Positions 23,007 to 33,285 of a stretch of DNA of 64,000 nt are shown in pieces (the first letter of the stretch is position 1; each line of letters starts with the position of its first letter). Location: positions 1 to 64,000 of IMG/VR virus record IMGVR_UViG_3300005805_000059. One strand, 5' to 3'. Both the position numbers and the translations under genes were made by a program. This stretch comes from a virus (Duplodnaviria; Caudoviricetes). The notes under the pieces are model-generated. The model ran no database searches. It was not told the DNA's origin and saw only the letters and a program-made list of their open reading frames with translations.

Positions 23007-24785
23007 CTACAAAAGTCCCAAATCGTCCAAAAAATCCTTTACTTCCTTAGACATGTCCTTTTTGGGTGTATTTTCTGCTTCTCTCTTTAATCTATTTAAC
23101 TTATCTGCTGTACCCCAAGTATGTATCTGAATAACTACATTAGTATCTTTCTCAGTATGTGAGATAGCCCCAAACACAGCACCTGTCACAGCATCAGCCA
23201 AGTCTTTAGATTTCTTTCTTGGGTGGTCAACCTTCTTACCATTATTAGTGATCTTAAGTTCTGACATTTCTTCAAGTAGCAATGGAATATGTGGCATTGC
23301 AACACGCTCTTCATAAATCATCATTGCTAAATCTTCATAGTGTTTCTTTGCTACTGAAACTGTATCTGTTCTAATTCCTACTGCTTTTAATTCTTGCTGG
23401 ATGTCATAAGATTGCCAACGGTCAAATGTAACCATACCAATGTTAAAACCTTCTCTGCGTAGATTAATAATCCATTGCTTGACTTCGGATAGGTTAACTG
23501 GACCTTCTGCTCTTGGCTCCCACCAAGCAACTGCATCGACAACCACAATGGGTGCAACTTGTTCGTAATCTTTAATCACCTCAATGTTTACCCACTTCTC
23601 CACATGAGCAATTGCGACAGCACACTTATCGTGCTTTTGTGCAAGGTCGGCGTGAATAAAATAAGTCTTGTCTGGATCTGGTTTGAATGATGGATCAAAT
23701 CTACGGAAACTATCTACTGGATTACGAAGACTCATTGCTCGTTCCACTTTATCTATCTGCTTAAAAAATGCATCTGAGGCATAGGTAGGAACACAGGCAA
23801 AACGCATCATTGCATCACCTAAGTCTGTAATAAATGCAATCTTAAAATCATCTACTTTTCTTGTAGGATTTACAATCCAAGTAGGTCGTTTCAGTGCAAA
23901 GATGCCAGGGAATTTATATGACTTGATATGGTCTTCATCCCAAGTAATTGTAAATTGATTCTCTGGATCATCTGCATTTAGTTCTGGGTTAATAATAAAT
24001 GTATGTGTTCTTTCTAATACTTCTTTTTCTGCGATTACATCTTCATACCGTTTTGAAATAAAGTCACCTACATATCGGGGGAAGGAAAGTAATGCAACCT
24101 TTCCAAGATCTGGGAAACGAGAATCTACAGAGCCACGAAATGCTTTATAAATATTATCAGCAGTCTTACCTTGTTCGTTACCAGATGTTACCTCACTAGC
24201 AAAACCAGAAATCTCGTCAAGCACTGCAAGAATCAAGTTCAAACCCTCGTGTGATTCTCGTTCTGAGTGACCAGAATAAACTGTAATCGATTTGTCAAAT
24301 GTAATAGAATCTACTTTAGATTCATACTTACCTGCAAACCATTTGGACTTTTCAATCTTTGTTTTAAAACCTTTAAAGAAAACATTCTTAGCCTGTTGTG
24401 CGTTGATAGCCACATTGATAATATCAATAGCATCCCCACTAGGTTTTCCATAATAACGAGCAGGATCTTTCAGACACAACAATTTGTACACAATGTATGC
24501 ACACGCTACTGTGGATGTGAAATCTTTGCCACTACCCTTGCCAAGTTGTAAAATGATTTCGTTCTTTGTATATTTCTTGTAATGTTTTTCACCTTCTGCT
24601 GTACCCATAATTTTTTGTAAGTCAGACATTTTATAGACCTGACTCATTGCTTCAACGATGTCATACTGTACATCAGAAAGTGGTGGCTGATTAAGATAAT
24701 CTTCACCCTCAACAAATGTCTTAGCATCTACTGGGTTTTCTTCAAATGGATTATCTTCTAGTGCTTCTAGAAAATCATTGAACAT
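23007..24785 (-). CDS. terL: Terminase large subunit
   Basis: Walker A LGKGSGKD, Walker B AVLDEISGF, nuclease HADLA and SKDLADAV. Confidence 0.9.
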   Translation of the reverse strand: MFNDFLEALEDNPFEENPVDAKTFVEGEDYLNQPPLSDVQYDIVEAMSQVYKMSDLQKIMGTAEGEKHYKKYTKNEIILQLGKGSGKDFTSTVACAYIVYKLLCLKDPARYYGKPSGDAIDIINVAINAQQAKNVFFKGFKTKIEKSKWFAGKYESKVDSITFDKSITVYSGHSERESHEGLNLILAVLDEISGFASEVTSGNEQGKTADNIYKAFRGSVDSRFPDLGKVALLSFPRYVGDFISKRYEDVIAEKEVLERTHTFIINPELNADDPENQFTITWDEDHIKSYKFPGIFALKRPTWIVNPTRKVDDFKIAFITDLGDAMMRFACVPTYASDAFFKQIDKVERAMSLRNPVDSFRRFDPSFKPDPDKTYFIHADLAQKHDKCAVAIAHVEKWVNIEVIKDYEQVAPIVVVDAVAWWEPRAEGPVNLSEVKQWIINLRREGFNIGMVTFDRWQSYDIQQELKAVGIRTDTVSVAKKHYEDLAMMIYEERVAMPHIPLLLEEMSELKITNNGKKVDHPRKKSKDLADAVTGAVFGAISHTEKDTNVVIQIHTWGTADKLNRLKREAENTPKKDMSKEVKDFLDDLGLL

Positions 24786-25308
24786 TGTGGACAATCGTGA
24801 TCGCCTCATCCTTTGAAACATTAGACAGTCGTCTCATAATTTCATCTCGTACTTCAGGATATTGTGCAGCAATGTCTTTAAGAATACCAATCAAAACTTG
24901 CTGACGATTTTCAATCTCAATCATTTCTTCTGCAAGTTCTTTGTTCTCAAGTAAACCTGCCTTCTGCAACATTTCAATACGAGCCTTCTCAATGTCAACA
25001 ACAAGTTTAATTGCTTGTGTCTTTGCAGTTAGGTTACTGTTTGCACCTGCTTCTTCAATAACTTCATACGCCTTTGTAATTAATTTAGAGTAGTGCGTAT
25101 CCATACCAGCAAGTGCTTCTTTAGCCCTCGCTCTAATTGCATCATTTGCAGATGCTAAAACTTTCCATTCATTAATAAAGTTAACAACTCTAGTTCTAGG
25201 CATATCAAGTTCTTTAGAGATCCTTGTTGGGTCGCTGCCCTTTAGATACTCTGTAACAACTTTGTTCATCGTGTCAAGATGTTTTACTACATCTTCTTCA
25301 GTTGACAT
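24775..25308 (-). CDS. Putative terminase small subunit (HTH plus coiled coil)
   Basis: Directly upstream of terL; N-terminal HTH-like segment. Confidence 0.6.
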   Translation of the reverse strand: MSTEEDVVKHLDTMNKVVTEYLKGSDPTRISKELDMPRTRVVNFINEWKVLASANDAIRARAKEALAGMDTHYSKLITKAYEVIEEAGANSNLTAKTQAIKLVVDIEKARIEMLQKAGLLENKELAEEMIEIENRQQVLIGILKDIAAQYPEVRDEIMRRLSNVSKDEAITIVHNVQ

Positions 25309-25561
25309 TTTTCTTCTTCGCCTTTCGTGGTCGCTTCTTTGGTATTCGTTTTATATCATCTACAGGAAATGATCGATACCTTGCAACGACTCCTCTGTCC
25401 AACTCAAAACAATCTACCCAAGTAGAACCTGTTTCTGGGTTGGTAGTAATACAGTCAAACTTGAATTTAAGTCCATACTGTCCTACTATCTTAATTATAT
25501 CACCTGGCTGGATTACAAATCCATCATTAGTGGTATATTCGTAGGTGCGTTCAAATTGCAT
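25298..25561 (-). CDS. Hypothetical SH3-like protein with basic tail
   Basis: ORF 25298..25648; start moved to MQFER. Confidence 0.65.
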   Translation of the reverse strand: MQFERTYEYTTNDGFVIQPGDIIKIVGQYGLKFKFDCITTNPETGSTWVDCFELDRGVVARYRSFPVDDIKRIPKKRPRKAKKKNVN

Positions 25562-25565
25562 AGGC

Positions 25566-25799
25566 TTAATATTCTCCTTGAAGCCTCTTGATTTCGTCTT
25601 GGATATAGAAGATCGCTTTCTTGAGGTCTTCGATGTGCTTATCTTCATTCTTTAATCCTGCTCTCCATAGGTACTTAATTGCGTTTCCAATATTGTAGTT
25701 TCTATGTCTGACAATTTGAATACACTCTACTCCACTAGGATCTGATGTATAGTGCATTGGGTGATTAACCATATCTGATGCATCATATCCTACACTCAT
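25566..25799 (-). CDS. DUF3310 / SaV-like protein
   Basis: DMVNHPMHY, GNAIKYLWRAGLK, EDLKKAIFY. Confidence 0.85.
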   Translation of the reverse strand: MSVGYDASDMVNHPMHYTSDPSGVECIQIVRHRNYNIGNAIKYLWRAGLKNEDKHIEDLKKAIFYIQDEIKRLQGEY

Positions 25800-25884
25800 A
25801 AGTTAACCAACTGCCCAAATGAAAATCCCCAAATAAACACTACTACATACATCCAGTTTTCTTCAAACCATTGAAATATATCCA

Positions 25885-26040
25885 TTACCTTTTACTCTTT
25901 CTTAGTCCAAATTTTGCCAGATAGACATAAACAGTTTCTACGGTACATCCTGCTTCCTTCGCAATCTCTTCTGGACTCTTCTTATCGATTAAGAATCTTT
26001 TTCTTAACCAAACTTCATTACTATACAGTTTACCAGACAT
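25885..26040 (-). CDS. Small HTH DNA-binding protein, 51 aa
   Basis: Hand-read ORF with KSPEEIAKEAGCTVETVYVYLAKFG. Confidence 0.7.
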   Translation of the reverse strand: MSGKLYSNEVWLRKRFLIDKKSPEEIAKEAGCTVETVYVYLAKFGLRKSKR

Positions 26041-26041
26041 C

Positions 26042-26635
26042 TTACTCCTTGTCAAATCTTACGGCTTTTGTCCAATTATTTAATGCCCAATGTCCAATAC
26101 CACAGGCATCTGCAATGTCATTATCAGTAACTACTTTATCATAGTAAACTTCTACAAGTTTAATTGTTCTTTCTTTTCTTACATTACGCTCGTATGTTTT
26201 ATACCACGAATTTGATTTGCCAGGATGTTGCTTTCTAATTTCTAGTTGCTCATCCTTGCTTAACTTCTTGTTACCAAGATAATTCTGCCAAGTGATTGGA
26301 GATACCCTGCCAATTTCTACAATACCTGCAATACCTGCAGCACCTATGATAGCCCCTTGAACCAATGCAAGATCGGCAGCAGTCTTAGGACTATTCATAA
26401 ATACTGTGTGTTCTATAATTAAAGAGTGTGTATCTGAAAAGGTGGGGTGTCTAAAGAATGCCGATATCTTCTTAGATGCATCAATACACTTCTCATATAT
26501 AGTGTCGCCAAGAAAGACTATCTTTCCAGTAAACACAATCTTGTCTGAATCAAACAAAGCAAATGCAAGATTATTAGTACTAGCATCAACAGATATAAAC
26601 TTTGTAGGTTTATTCGTCAGTGGTATTTTTGCCAT
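26042..26635 (-). CDS. RuvC-like Holliday junction resolvase
   Basis: ISVDAST, IIE, ITWQ, DNDIADACGIG. Confidence 0.8.
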   Translation of the reverse strand: MAKIPLTNKPTKFISVDASTNNLAFALFDSDKIVFTGKIVFLGDTIYEKCIDASKKISAFFRHPTFSDTHSLIIEHTVFMNSPKTAADLALVQGAIIGAAGIAGIVEIGRVSPITWQNYLGNKKLSKDEQLEIRKQHPGKSNSWYKTYERNVRKERTIKLVEVYYDKVVTDNDIADACGIGHWALNNWTKAVRFDKE

Positions 26636-26909
26636 TCATAAATCCTTTCAGTTGTTTCATTTGTTTATCTAATTCTTTTTTATTGATGTTACAAGCATTA
26701 CACAGAACATCATCATTATAGATAGATAGTTTCTTACCACAGCCACCTGCACAAATTTTTGGTTTAGAAAGTCTTTTCCTTCTTTGATTAGCGACATATC
26801 TTTCTGCAATCTTTATCTTAGTTGCTTCTGTCCTACACTCAGGACTGCAATATACCTGATATGTTACTTTAGGTTGAAATGTATTGTCACACCACTCACA
26901 AGGCTTCAC
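26610..26909 (-). CDS. Zn-finger protein
   Basis: CxxC, CxxxC, CxxxC, CxxC motifs. Confidence 0.75.
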   Translation of the reverse strand: MKPCEWCDNTFQPKVTYQVYCSPECRTEATKIKIAERYVANQRRKRLSKPKICAGGCGKKLSIYNDDVLCNACNINKKELDKQMKQLKGFMNGKNTTDE

Positions 26910-27681
26910 TTAAATCCTCCAGGGACTTGATAGTAATCTGCCCTGCTCCTGCTAATTCACAAGTTTTTGAAATAGGACAAGTCTTACAGATCTTTGAGTT
27001 AGACCTATAATTTTTCTTAGGTAACTTTTTATCTACCCAAGCCTTTCGTACTTCTCTCATCCACTCTAGTGAATTATCTACCCATTTAACATACTCTGCC
27101 TTTACTTCTACTGGATACAAAAATAACTCGTGAGTATTTTTGTTTTCATAAATAAGGACACCCTTTTCCCTATTTAATAACTTCATGTATAGAAGTAGTT
27201 GCTTTAGATGATCTTTCTTTGGTGTATTAGTCTTCTTACGATACTCAAATGCTTCCATGTTAGAAGTTTTAATTTCACCAACGATTACTTCACCTTCCCA
27301 TTTAATGAGAACATCTCCGAAACCAAAGATTGGTGGATCATCACAAACAATTTTGAATTCTTTATCAATAAGAATTCCAGAACCTTCAATAGCCTTTTCA
27401 ATACGAGTATGTGATAGTGTTCCACTGCTCATATTTGCTGCACCATATGGATCTGTATTATCTTCAAAGTCTGCACCTTCAAATGCAAGATACCAATATC
27501 TTGGACATTCTCCGTGACTATAAACAATTGTTGATGGTGCAAATGTTTTCTTTGTCGTAAACTTTGTTCCTCTATCAGCAAGATAACCTGATTCAATCTT
27601 TTCGATAAGAGCCTTTGTATCTAAAGAACTCTTTTTCTCAGCAGGTTTCATCATAACTTGCTGTAATAAACTTTTTGCCAT
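26896..27681 (-). CDS. Cas4-like PD-(D/E)XK exonuclease
   Basis: CPR, GFGD..GEIKT, QLLLYM, CKTCPISKTC. Confidence 0.8.
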   Translation of the reverse strand: MAKSLLQQVMMKPAEKKSSLDTKALIEKIESGYLADRGTKFTTKKTFAPSTIVYSHGECPRYWYLAFEGADFEDNTDPYGAANMSSGTLSHTRIEKAIEGSGILIDKEFKIVCDDPPIFGFGDVLIKWEGEVIVGEIKTSNMEAFEYRKKTNTPKKDHLKQLLLYMKLLNREKGVLIYENKNTHELFLYPVEVKAEYVKWVDNSLEWMREVRKAWVDKKLPKKNYRSNSKICKTCPISKTCELAGAGQITIKSLEDLSEAL

Positions 27682-27713
27682 TTTAGACCTTTCGTATCAT
27701 ACTATTATACCAT

Positions 27714-28016
27714 CTATCGCATGATATATTTGAGTGCAGCAACTAAATTGTTGACTGCTTCTGCTGCAGTATAATAAATATTCTTCTTAGATCTATTTGA
27801 TTTATCAACATTAGCATACCAAGTTGCCATAAAAGCCATCTTAGAAGCGATAGCCTGTAGCCTTACAATTTCAAGACTAGCAACATGAGGTGGAATATCT
27901 GGCTTAACTATAAGTTTAGCAATCATAGTCAATGCTGTTGTAAGTTCTTCATCTTCCATAAACTCAGCAATCTCAGCCAAACCATTTATTTGTTCAAGTG
28001 TTGTTTTGTCTTCCAT
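27714..28016 (-). CDS. Hypothetical helical protein
   Basis: ORF; leaderless after GGTATAAT upstream region. Confidence 0.75.
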   Translation of the reverse strand: MEDKTTLEQINGLAEIAEFMEDEELTTALTMIAKLIVKPDIPPHVASLEIVRLQAIASKMAFMATWYANVDKSNRSKKNIYYTAAEAVNNLVAALKYIMR

Positions 28017-28306
28017 TATTCTTCCTCCATTAGTTGTTCAAGCAATGCTAATTCTACAACTGCAAGTCGAACCTTTTTATTACCCTCTCCAATTACCACA
28101 ATAATTGCTGGAGACTTATCCTTACCTGCTTTGATAGCATCAGTAGTAGCCTTAGCCCACACATCTTGATTAAGTGTAAATGACTTTGATACTTCTTTGA
28201 AGTCAACAACAAACAATTCCCAAGTCGCATCACCTTTTACAGTACCACGACCAGAATTTTTATGTTGTCTAGCCCCTATTCTCTTGCTCTCGCTCTTCTC
28301 GCTCAT
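28016..28306 (-). CDS. Small PD-(D/E)XK endonuclease (Hjc-like resolvase)
   Basis: HKNSGRG..KGD..VDFKE. Confidence 0.7.
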   Translation of the reverse strand: MSEKSESKRIGARQHKNSGRGTVKGDATWELFVVDFKEVSKSFTLNQDVWAKATTDAIKAGKDKSPAIIVVIGEGNKKVRLAVVELALLEQLMEEE

Positions 28307-28475
28307 AATCTCTCTTTGTCTTTTTTATAGGTGTCAACTGCACCTCTGATATGTGTCCTTGTTTACATCTCCAAGATGAAAGACCAGACTCTTTCCATAC
28401 ACGCATTGACCCAACATTTTCTTTACAAGTCTTGCAAGGAAAAATTCCTGGGTATACAGAATATGATTTAGACAC
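28269..28475 (-). CDS. Small Zn-ribbon protein
   Basis: CKTC ... CxxxH. Confidence 0.65.
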   Translation of the reverse strand: MSKSYSVYPGIFPCKTCKENVGSMRVWKESGLSSWRCKQGHISEVQLTPIKKTKRDYEREEREQENRG

Positions 28476-29475
28476 TTAGTACCTTTGCCTTAATCTGATC
28501 TTGTAGGTCAAGGTCTTCTCTTACACGAGCAACAAATGCATCTCTACCCTGAACCTTTGTGCCATCATCTAATTGATACCAAGCACCTGTTCTAGTAACG
28601 ATACCAAGCATTTCTGCTGTATCTACAAGATCACCAATCTCATCTACACCTACATCATTACCTCTAAAGTAAAAGTCATACTCTCCACTTTGGAATGCTG
28701 GAGATGTCTTTGAGAACTGTAATTCCCAACGAACCTTACGACCAATCTTTTCTTCAATTAGTTTATCACCAACTGCAATCTTGCCTTTTAGTGCTTGGTT
28801 GTCAGACTCAGAGGAGAACAACTTAATAATACTTGACGAGTAGAACTTGGTTGCTTGTCCACCTGATGGTTGCTGACTTGTATACATAGCACTGATATTA
28901 TTTCGTGACTGACTAATTAAAATAATCAATGTTGGCTTTACTTTATTATTTGCATAATTAAGCATCTTCCAAGCATTACTAAAGTCACGAGACTCTGCAC
29001 CAATCTGTTTAGTGTTCTCTAATTCCTTTAGTTCGTCTGTACCCTTCTCAAAATAAATAGCAGGTAATAGTGATGTGATCGAATCAACCACAATAATATC
29101 TACACCAGCATTAAGAAGATTAGTGCCAACATCAACCATATCGTTAATAGTGCGAGCCTCAGAATAAATTAACTTATCTGTGTCTACACCAAGACGAGTA
29201 GCCCAATCAGCAGAGAAAGACATCTCAGCATCAATCCAAGCACATACTTTGCCTTCTTTCTGAGCCAATCCAATAGTCTGGAGACACAAGGATGATTTAG
29301 CACTAGACTTACTACCCCAAATCAATACTTGCCTTCCATATGGCAATCCACCATTCATAGCCCTATTAAGACCATAACTAGGTGTTGGCTGATATTCCAC
29401 ATGAATACCAGTTCCTGTTCCAAGACGCTTACGAATCTTTGGGTCTAACTGTGCTAATACATCATCTACTGACAT
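28468..29475 (-). CDS. recA: RecA recombinase
   Basis: GGLPYGR, Walker A variant GSKSSAKS, WIDAE, VVDSI, QPSGGQATKFYSS. Confidence 0.9.
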   Translation of the reverse strand: MSVDDVLAQLDPKIRKRLGTGTGIHVEYQPTPSYGLNRAMNGGLPYGRQVLIWGSKSSAKSSLCLQTIGLAQKEGKVCAWIDAEMSFSADWATRLGVDTDKLIYSEARTINDMVDVGTNLLNAGVDIIVVDSITSLLPAIYFEKGTDELKELENTKQIGAESRDFSNAWKMLNYANNKVKPTLIILISQSRNNISAMYTSQQPSGGQATKFYSSSIIKLFSSESDNQALKGKIAVGDKLIEEKIGRKVRWELQFSKTSPAFQSGEYDFYFRGNDVGVDEIGDLVDTAEMLGIVTRTGAWYQLDDGTKVQGRDAFVARVREDLDLQDQIKAKVLSV

Positions 29476-29477
29476 TG

Positions 29478-29681
29478 TCAATTTTCTATCCAACCTTTCA
29501 CTATTGCTGCATCCTCTTCGTGTGTACAATCACTGTAACAACAAGGAGTTGTATTATCGTTTGGCGTATGCCATTTCAAAATATCTTGTGCAATCTTTGC
29601 TCTAACTTTTTGTACAACCTTGTGAGTGCCATTGCAATCACCATCTGGATCAGTTGTAAATCCACAACCACACTTAGCCAT
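29478..29681 (-). CDS. CDGSH-like iron-sulfur domain protein
   Basis: CGCGFTTDPDGDCNGTH. Confidence 0.6.
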   Translation of the reverse strand: MAKCGCGFTTDPDGDCNGTHKVVQKVRAKIAQDILKWHTPNDNTTPCCYSDCTHEEDAAIVKGWIEN

Positions 29682-29998
29682 TAGAATCGTACTCCGTGTT
29701 TCTCTGGTCGCTCTGTATTCTTTTGCATTTTATTAATGACAGCCCAATCTAAAGATATTGAAGTATATTTGTTTTCTACTAATCCTGCATACAAATCAAG
29801 TACACGGATAATAATATCTGCAAACTCAAAGGCTATCTCTTCTTCGCCCTTTTCTTTTCTAATCGCTTCCATTGCTTCTACAACTTCTGACACAATCATC
29901 ATCAACTGTTTAGCAATAAAAATATCATCAACTTCTTCGTGCCAGAAACCTTTTTCTGTAGCAATGGCATGAACTTGTTCTGCTAACTCATCAAACAT
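29681..29998 (-). CDS. MazG-like NTP pyrophosphohydrolase
   Basis: SEVVEAMEA..E..FEFADIIIRVLD. Confidence 0.85.
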   Translation of the reverse strand: MFDELAEQVHAIATEKGFWHEEVDDIFIAKQLMMIVSEVVEAMEAIRKEKGEEEIAFEFADIIIRVLDLYAGLVENKYTSISLDWAVINKMQKNTERPEKHGVRF

Positions 29999-32900
29999 TT
30001 TCTATATCCTCCAATATCGGTGTTCCATCTTTAGTCTTACCAAAGACAAACTTATAAACATTTCCCTCTTTAATATGCATATACGCTTTAGCAAAAGCAG
30101 TTGGGAATACTGTGATAGAGTGTAATTCTCTACCAGCATCTGCTACTGTAAGCGAAGCCATTTTCTTACCTGTCTTAGTGACTCGTGGCTTAAACGAGAC
30201 TACATAATGCTCACCTTCTTTGTATGGCAACATCTTGTAGTTCAGGAATTTAACTAATGCTTCTTTAGATTCTTTGACTTCATCAACAGGAATATAAGAA
30301 ACAATTCTATTATCTGATGCAAGAATAATATATGTTCTACCAGACTCAATCTGTGTATTCTCTTCATCAAAGATACCGATAGATCCTGTCTTGTCTAGAA
30401 CTTCCACTCTTGACCAACCCTTTGCCCTCTTAATCGATTTTACCATACCCATTACGATAAATGCACCTTTCTCTTCATACTCATCAATATCATTGATGTA
30501 TGCGTGATAGTGTTGTGGTACGGTCATATTGAACTCAGGCAAATTAAGATATTCATATAGATTTTCTTTTACCTTATCCTGATTGAGAGGATTGTCGGGG
30601 AACGATAATGCACCAATTGCATTCATTGCTTGCAATGCACGACTATTCACTCCATTACCCTTTGTAAAAGTAAACTCTTCTACTTCTTTGTAAGACTTAA
30701 ATGGTCGTCCAGCAATGTATCGCTCTGCAATCTTGTCTGAAATATATTTAATTGCAGAGAGACCGAATCGAATACCCTTGCCCTCAATCTTAAAATCAAT
30801 ATCTGATTCATTGATATGTGGCAACTTGATTGCAATGCCCATACGCTTTGCTTCAATAAGATACTCTGTGCGAGCATCCTTATCCTTTTCATTCTTTAGG
30901 ATTGAATACATAAACTCAAGTGGGTAGTAATACTTCAACCAAGCAGTCCAATAGGATAGAGTTGAGTATGCTACTGCGTGAGACTTATTGAATGAATACC
31001 CTGCGTGTGCTTCAAAGTCGTGCCATAGATCATTAGCCTGACCTGGCAAGATGTGTTCTGATGCACCCTTTACGAATCTATCTCTAAACTCATTAAATTC
31101 TTTTGCATCTTTCTTCTTACCAATAATCTTACGAACCTTGTCTGCTTCTGCCATTGACATACCACCAAGTTTTACGCAAGCAAGCATAACTTGTTCTTGG
31201 TATAAAACTAGACCATAGGTTTCTTCTGTGAACTCTTTAATAATTGGATGTAAGTAACTAATCTTTGATCGTCCGTGTTTACGGTCAAGATAAAGTTTAC
31301 CAATGGTATTCATAGCACCAGGACGAACGAGTGCATTAGAAGCAGCAAGTTCATCAAGATTCTTTACACCCATCTTTACAAGAAGGTTTGTGTATGGTGT
31401 GGCTTCACATTGGAACACACCTTTTGTGTATCCGTCTGACAACATCTGATAAACATTTGCATCGTCCATCTTGATGTCAAGCAAGTTAATCTTTTTACCT
31501 TCTCGCTTTTCAATAATATCTACGGTGTCTTTGATGACTGATAAGGTTTTGAGTCCAAGAGCATCAATTTTGATGAGTCCGATTTGTGCAGCCTCTTCCA
31601 TATCAACCGCCACAACAGGTATACGCTCATCGCTACCAGTAGAAGACCGTGTTTCCAACGGTGCGTATTTAAAAATAGGATCTTTAGAAGTAACAACGCC
31701 AGCAGCGTGTATGCCAGTACCTCTAATACGACCACGAAGTTGTTCTCCATATTTCTCCACTTCAGGGTATTTATCTCTAAACCATTGAGCATTCTTTGAT
31801 GTGCAATACTCATCCCAAGTATCTACACTCTTCAAGACTTTATTTACATCTGGAAGTGGAATATTCAATGCACGACTAACATCTCGCACTACACCCTTAT
31901 CCTTAAACTGTAGGAAGGTAGCAATAGATGCAACATTCTTATATTCTTTTACAAGATAATCTTTTACTTCATCTCTGCGTGAGTCCTGAATATCTGAATC
32001 AATATCAGGGAAGTCATTACGCTCTGGATTAATAAATCGGAAGAATAGCAATCCGTGTTCAATAGGATCAATATCTGTAATACCAAGTGCATAGCAAAGC
32101 AAAGACCCTGCAGACGAACCACGACCTGGACCGACCATAATGTCATTTTCCTTAGCCCAGTTCAACATATTACGAACAACCAAGAAGTAAGCCCCGAAGT
32201 TTTTATCTTTAATGATTTCTAGTTCTTCTTTGAGCCTGTCCTCATAGACAGTATCACCAGTGTGCTTACTTGTAAGTTTGCGTTGTTCTAAACCATCAAT
32301 TGCTAACTTGTGCAATTGTGCTTGTGGATCATCATATTGAACAGGTAGTAAGTCAAGGTTTTCCTTGATATCATACTGCTCAATCTTATCTGCAATCTCA
32401 AGCGTAGACTCAAACATATCTTGTCTGTCGAATCCTTGCTTTGCCATAGCCTCTTTCATTTGCTCGTATGACAATAGATGAATATCAAATCGATTAAACG
32501 ACATCATTCTATCTTTGCCATACAAGTAGTCTAGGCGTTCCATCATATCTTCATACTTCTTAGACTTCTCAAATGTCACACCCTTTTCTAGTTTAGCGTG
32601 AGTGTTGAGAATAAGCATCATCTCTTGGATTACTTTTTGATCTACATCAGAATGATGACAATCAGGAGTAACTACAGGTTTAACACCAAATGCGTCTGCT
32701 AGTTCAAGAATACCCCTGTTTACTTCTGGTGGATTATGTGGCATAACTTCCAAATAATAATCATCACCAAATACATCCTTGAACCAACTAATCTTTTCTT
32801 TGGCTACTGCTAGTTCGCCTAGTTCTACAGCCTTTGCTACCCAACCACTTAAACAAGCAGAAGTAACAATAAGACCTTCGCTATACTTTTCTAATACCTC

Positions 32901-33278
32901 AAAATCAAATCGTGGCTTAGAAAAGAAACCTTCTGTCCAAGCAATCTCATTAATCTTGTTGAGATTTTCTAGACCTGCCTGGTTCTTGGCTAGAAGAATT
33001 ATATGATGATAGTTTTGATCTAATGGGTCAGTGCGGTCTGCTTTCTGCCTATTATCAAACCTATTCGTGGTCATATAACCTTCTACACCAAGAATCGGCT
33101 TTATGCCAGCCTGTGTAGCAATTCTATGCATTTCTCTATGACCAGATAAAGAACCGTGGTCAGTGATAGCCAATGCTGGCATACCAAGAGATAACGCTCT
33201 ATCCACATATTCTTGTGGAGTAGCAACTCCATCCATAAGTGAATAATGTGTGTGTACATGCAAGCCGACATAGTTCAT
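29991..33278 (-). CDS. dnaE: DNA polymerase III alpha subunit
   Basis: PHP HVHTHYSLMDG, GRGSSAGS, FPDIDSD, HAAGV, KIDALGL, YSFNKSHA, OB fold. Confidence 0.95.
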   Translation of the reverse strand: MNYVGLHVHTHYSLMDGVATPQEYVDRALSLGMPALAITDHGSLSGHREMHRIATQAGIKPILGVEGYMTTNRFDNRQKADRTDPLDQNYHHIILLAKNQAGLENLNKINEIAWTEGFFSKPRFDFEVLEKYSEGLIVTSACLSGWVAKAVELGELAVAKEKISWFKDVFGDDYYLEVMPHNPPEVNRGILELADAFGVKPVVTPDCHHSDVDQKVIQEMMLILNTHAKLEKGVTFEKSKKYEDMMERLDYLYGKDRMMSFNRFDIHLLSYEQMKEAMAKQGFDRQDMFESTLEIADKIEQYDIKENLDLLPVQYDDPQAQLHKLAIDGLEQRKLTSKHTGDTVYEDRLKEELEIIKDKNFGAYFLVVRNMLNWAKENDIMVGPGRGSSAGSLLCYALGITDIDPIEHGLLFFRFINPERNDFPDIDSDIQDSRRDEVKDYLVKEYKNVASIATFLQFKDKGVVRDVSRALNIPLPDVNKVLKSVDTWDEYCTSKNAQWFRDKYPEVEKYGEQLRGRIRGTGIHAAGVVTSKDPIFKYAPLETRSSTGSDERIPVVAVDMEEAAQIGLIKIDALGLKTLSVIKDTVDIIEKREGKKINLLDIKMDDANVYQMLSDGYTKGVFQCEATPYTNLLVKMGVKNLDELAASNALVRPGAMNTIGKLYLDRKHGRSKISYLHPIIKEFTEETYGLVLYQEQVMLACVKLGGMSMAEADKVRKIIGKKKDAKEFNEFRDRFVKGASEHILPGQANDLWHDFEAHAGYSFNKSHAVAYSTLSYWTAWLKYYYPLEFMYSILKNEKDKDARTEYLIEAKRMGIAIKLPHINESDIDFKIEGKGIRFGLSAIKYISDKIAERYIAGRPFKSYKEVEEFTFTKGNGVNSRALQAMNAIGALSFPDNPLNQDKVKENLYEYLNLPEFNMTVPQHYHAYINDIDEYEEKGAFIVMGMVKSIKRAKGWSRVEVLDKTGSIGIFDEENTQIESGRTYIILASDNRIVSYIPVDEVKESKEALVKFLNYKMLPYKEGEHYVVSFKPRVTKTGKKMASLTVADAGRELHSITVFPTAFAKAYMHIKEGNVYKFVFGKTKDGTPILEDIENV

Positions 33279-33285
33279 ACGGATC

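Noticed and set aside
26896-27681. Cas4-like gene as evidence of a CRISPR-Cas system
   Set aside because: Stand-alone Cas4-like nucleases are common in phage recombination modules; it sits with recA and resolvases, with no cas1/cas2 or array.
8405-29480. Additional TGTCAG hexamers (8405 +, 9693 -, inside tRNA-Thr, recA start)
   Set aside because: No TANNNT at the 10-nt spacing; treated as chance or coding occurrences.
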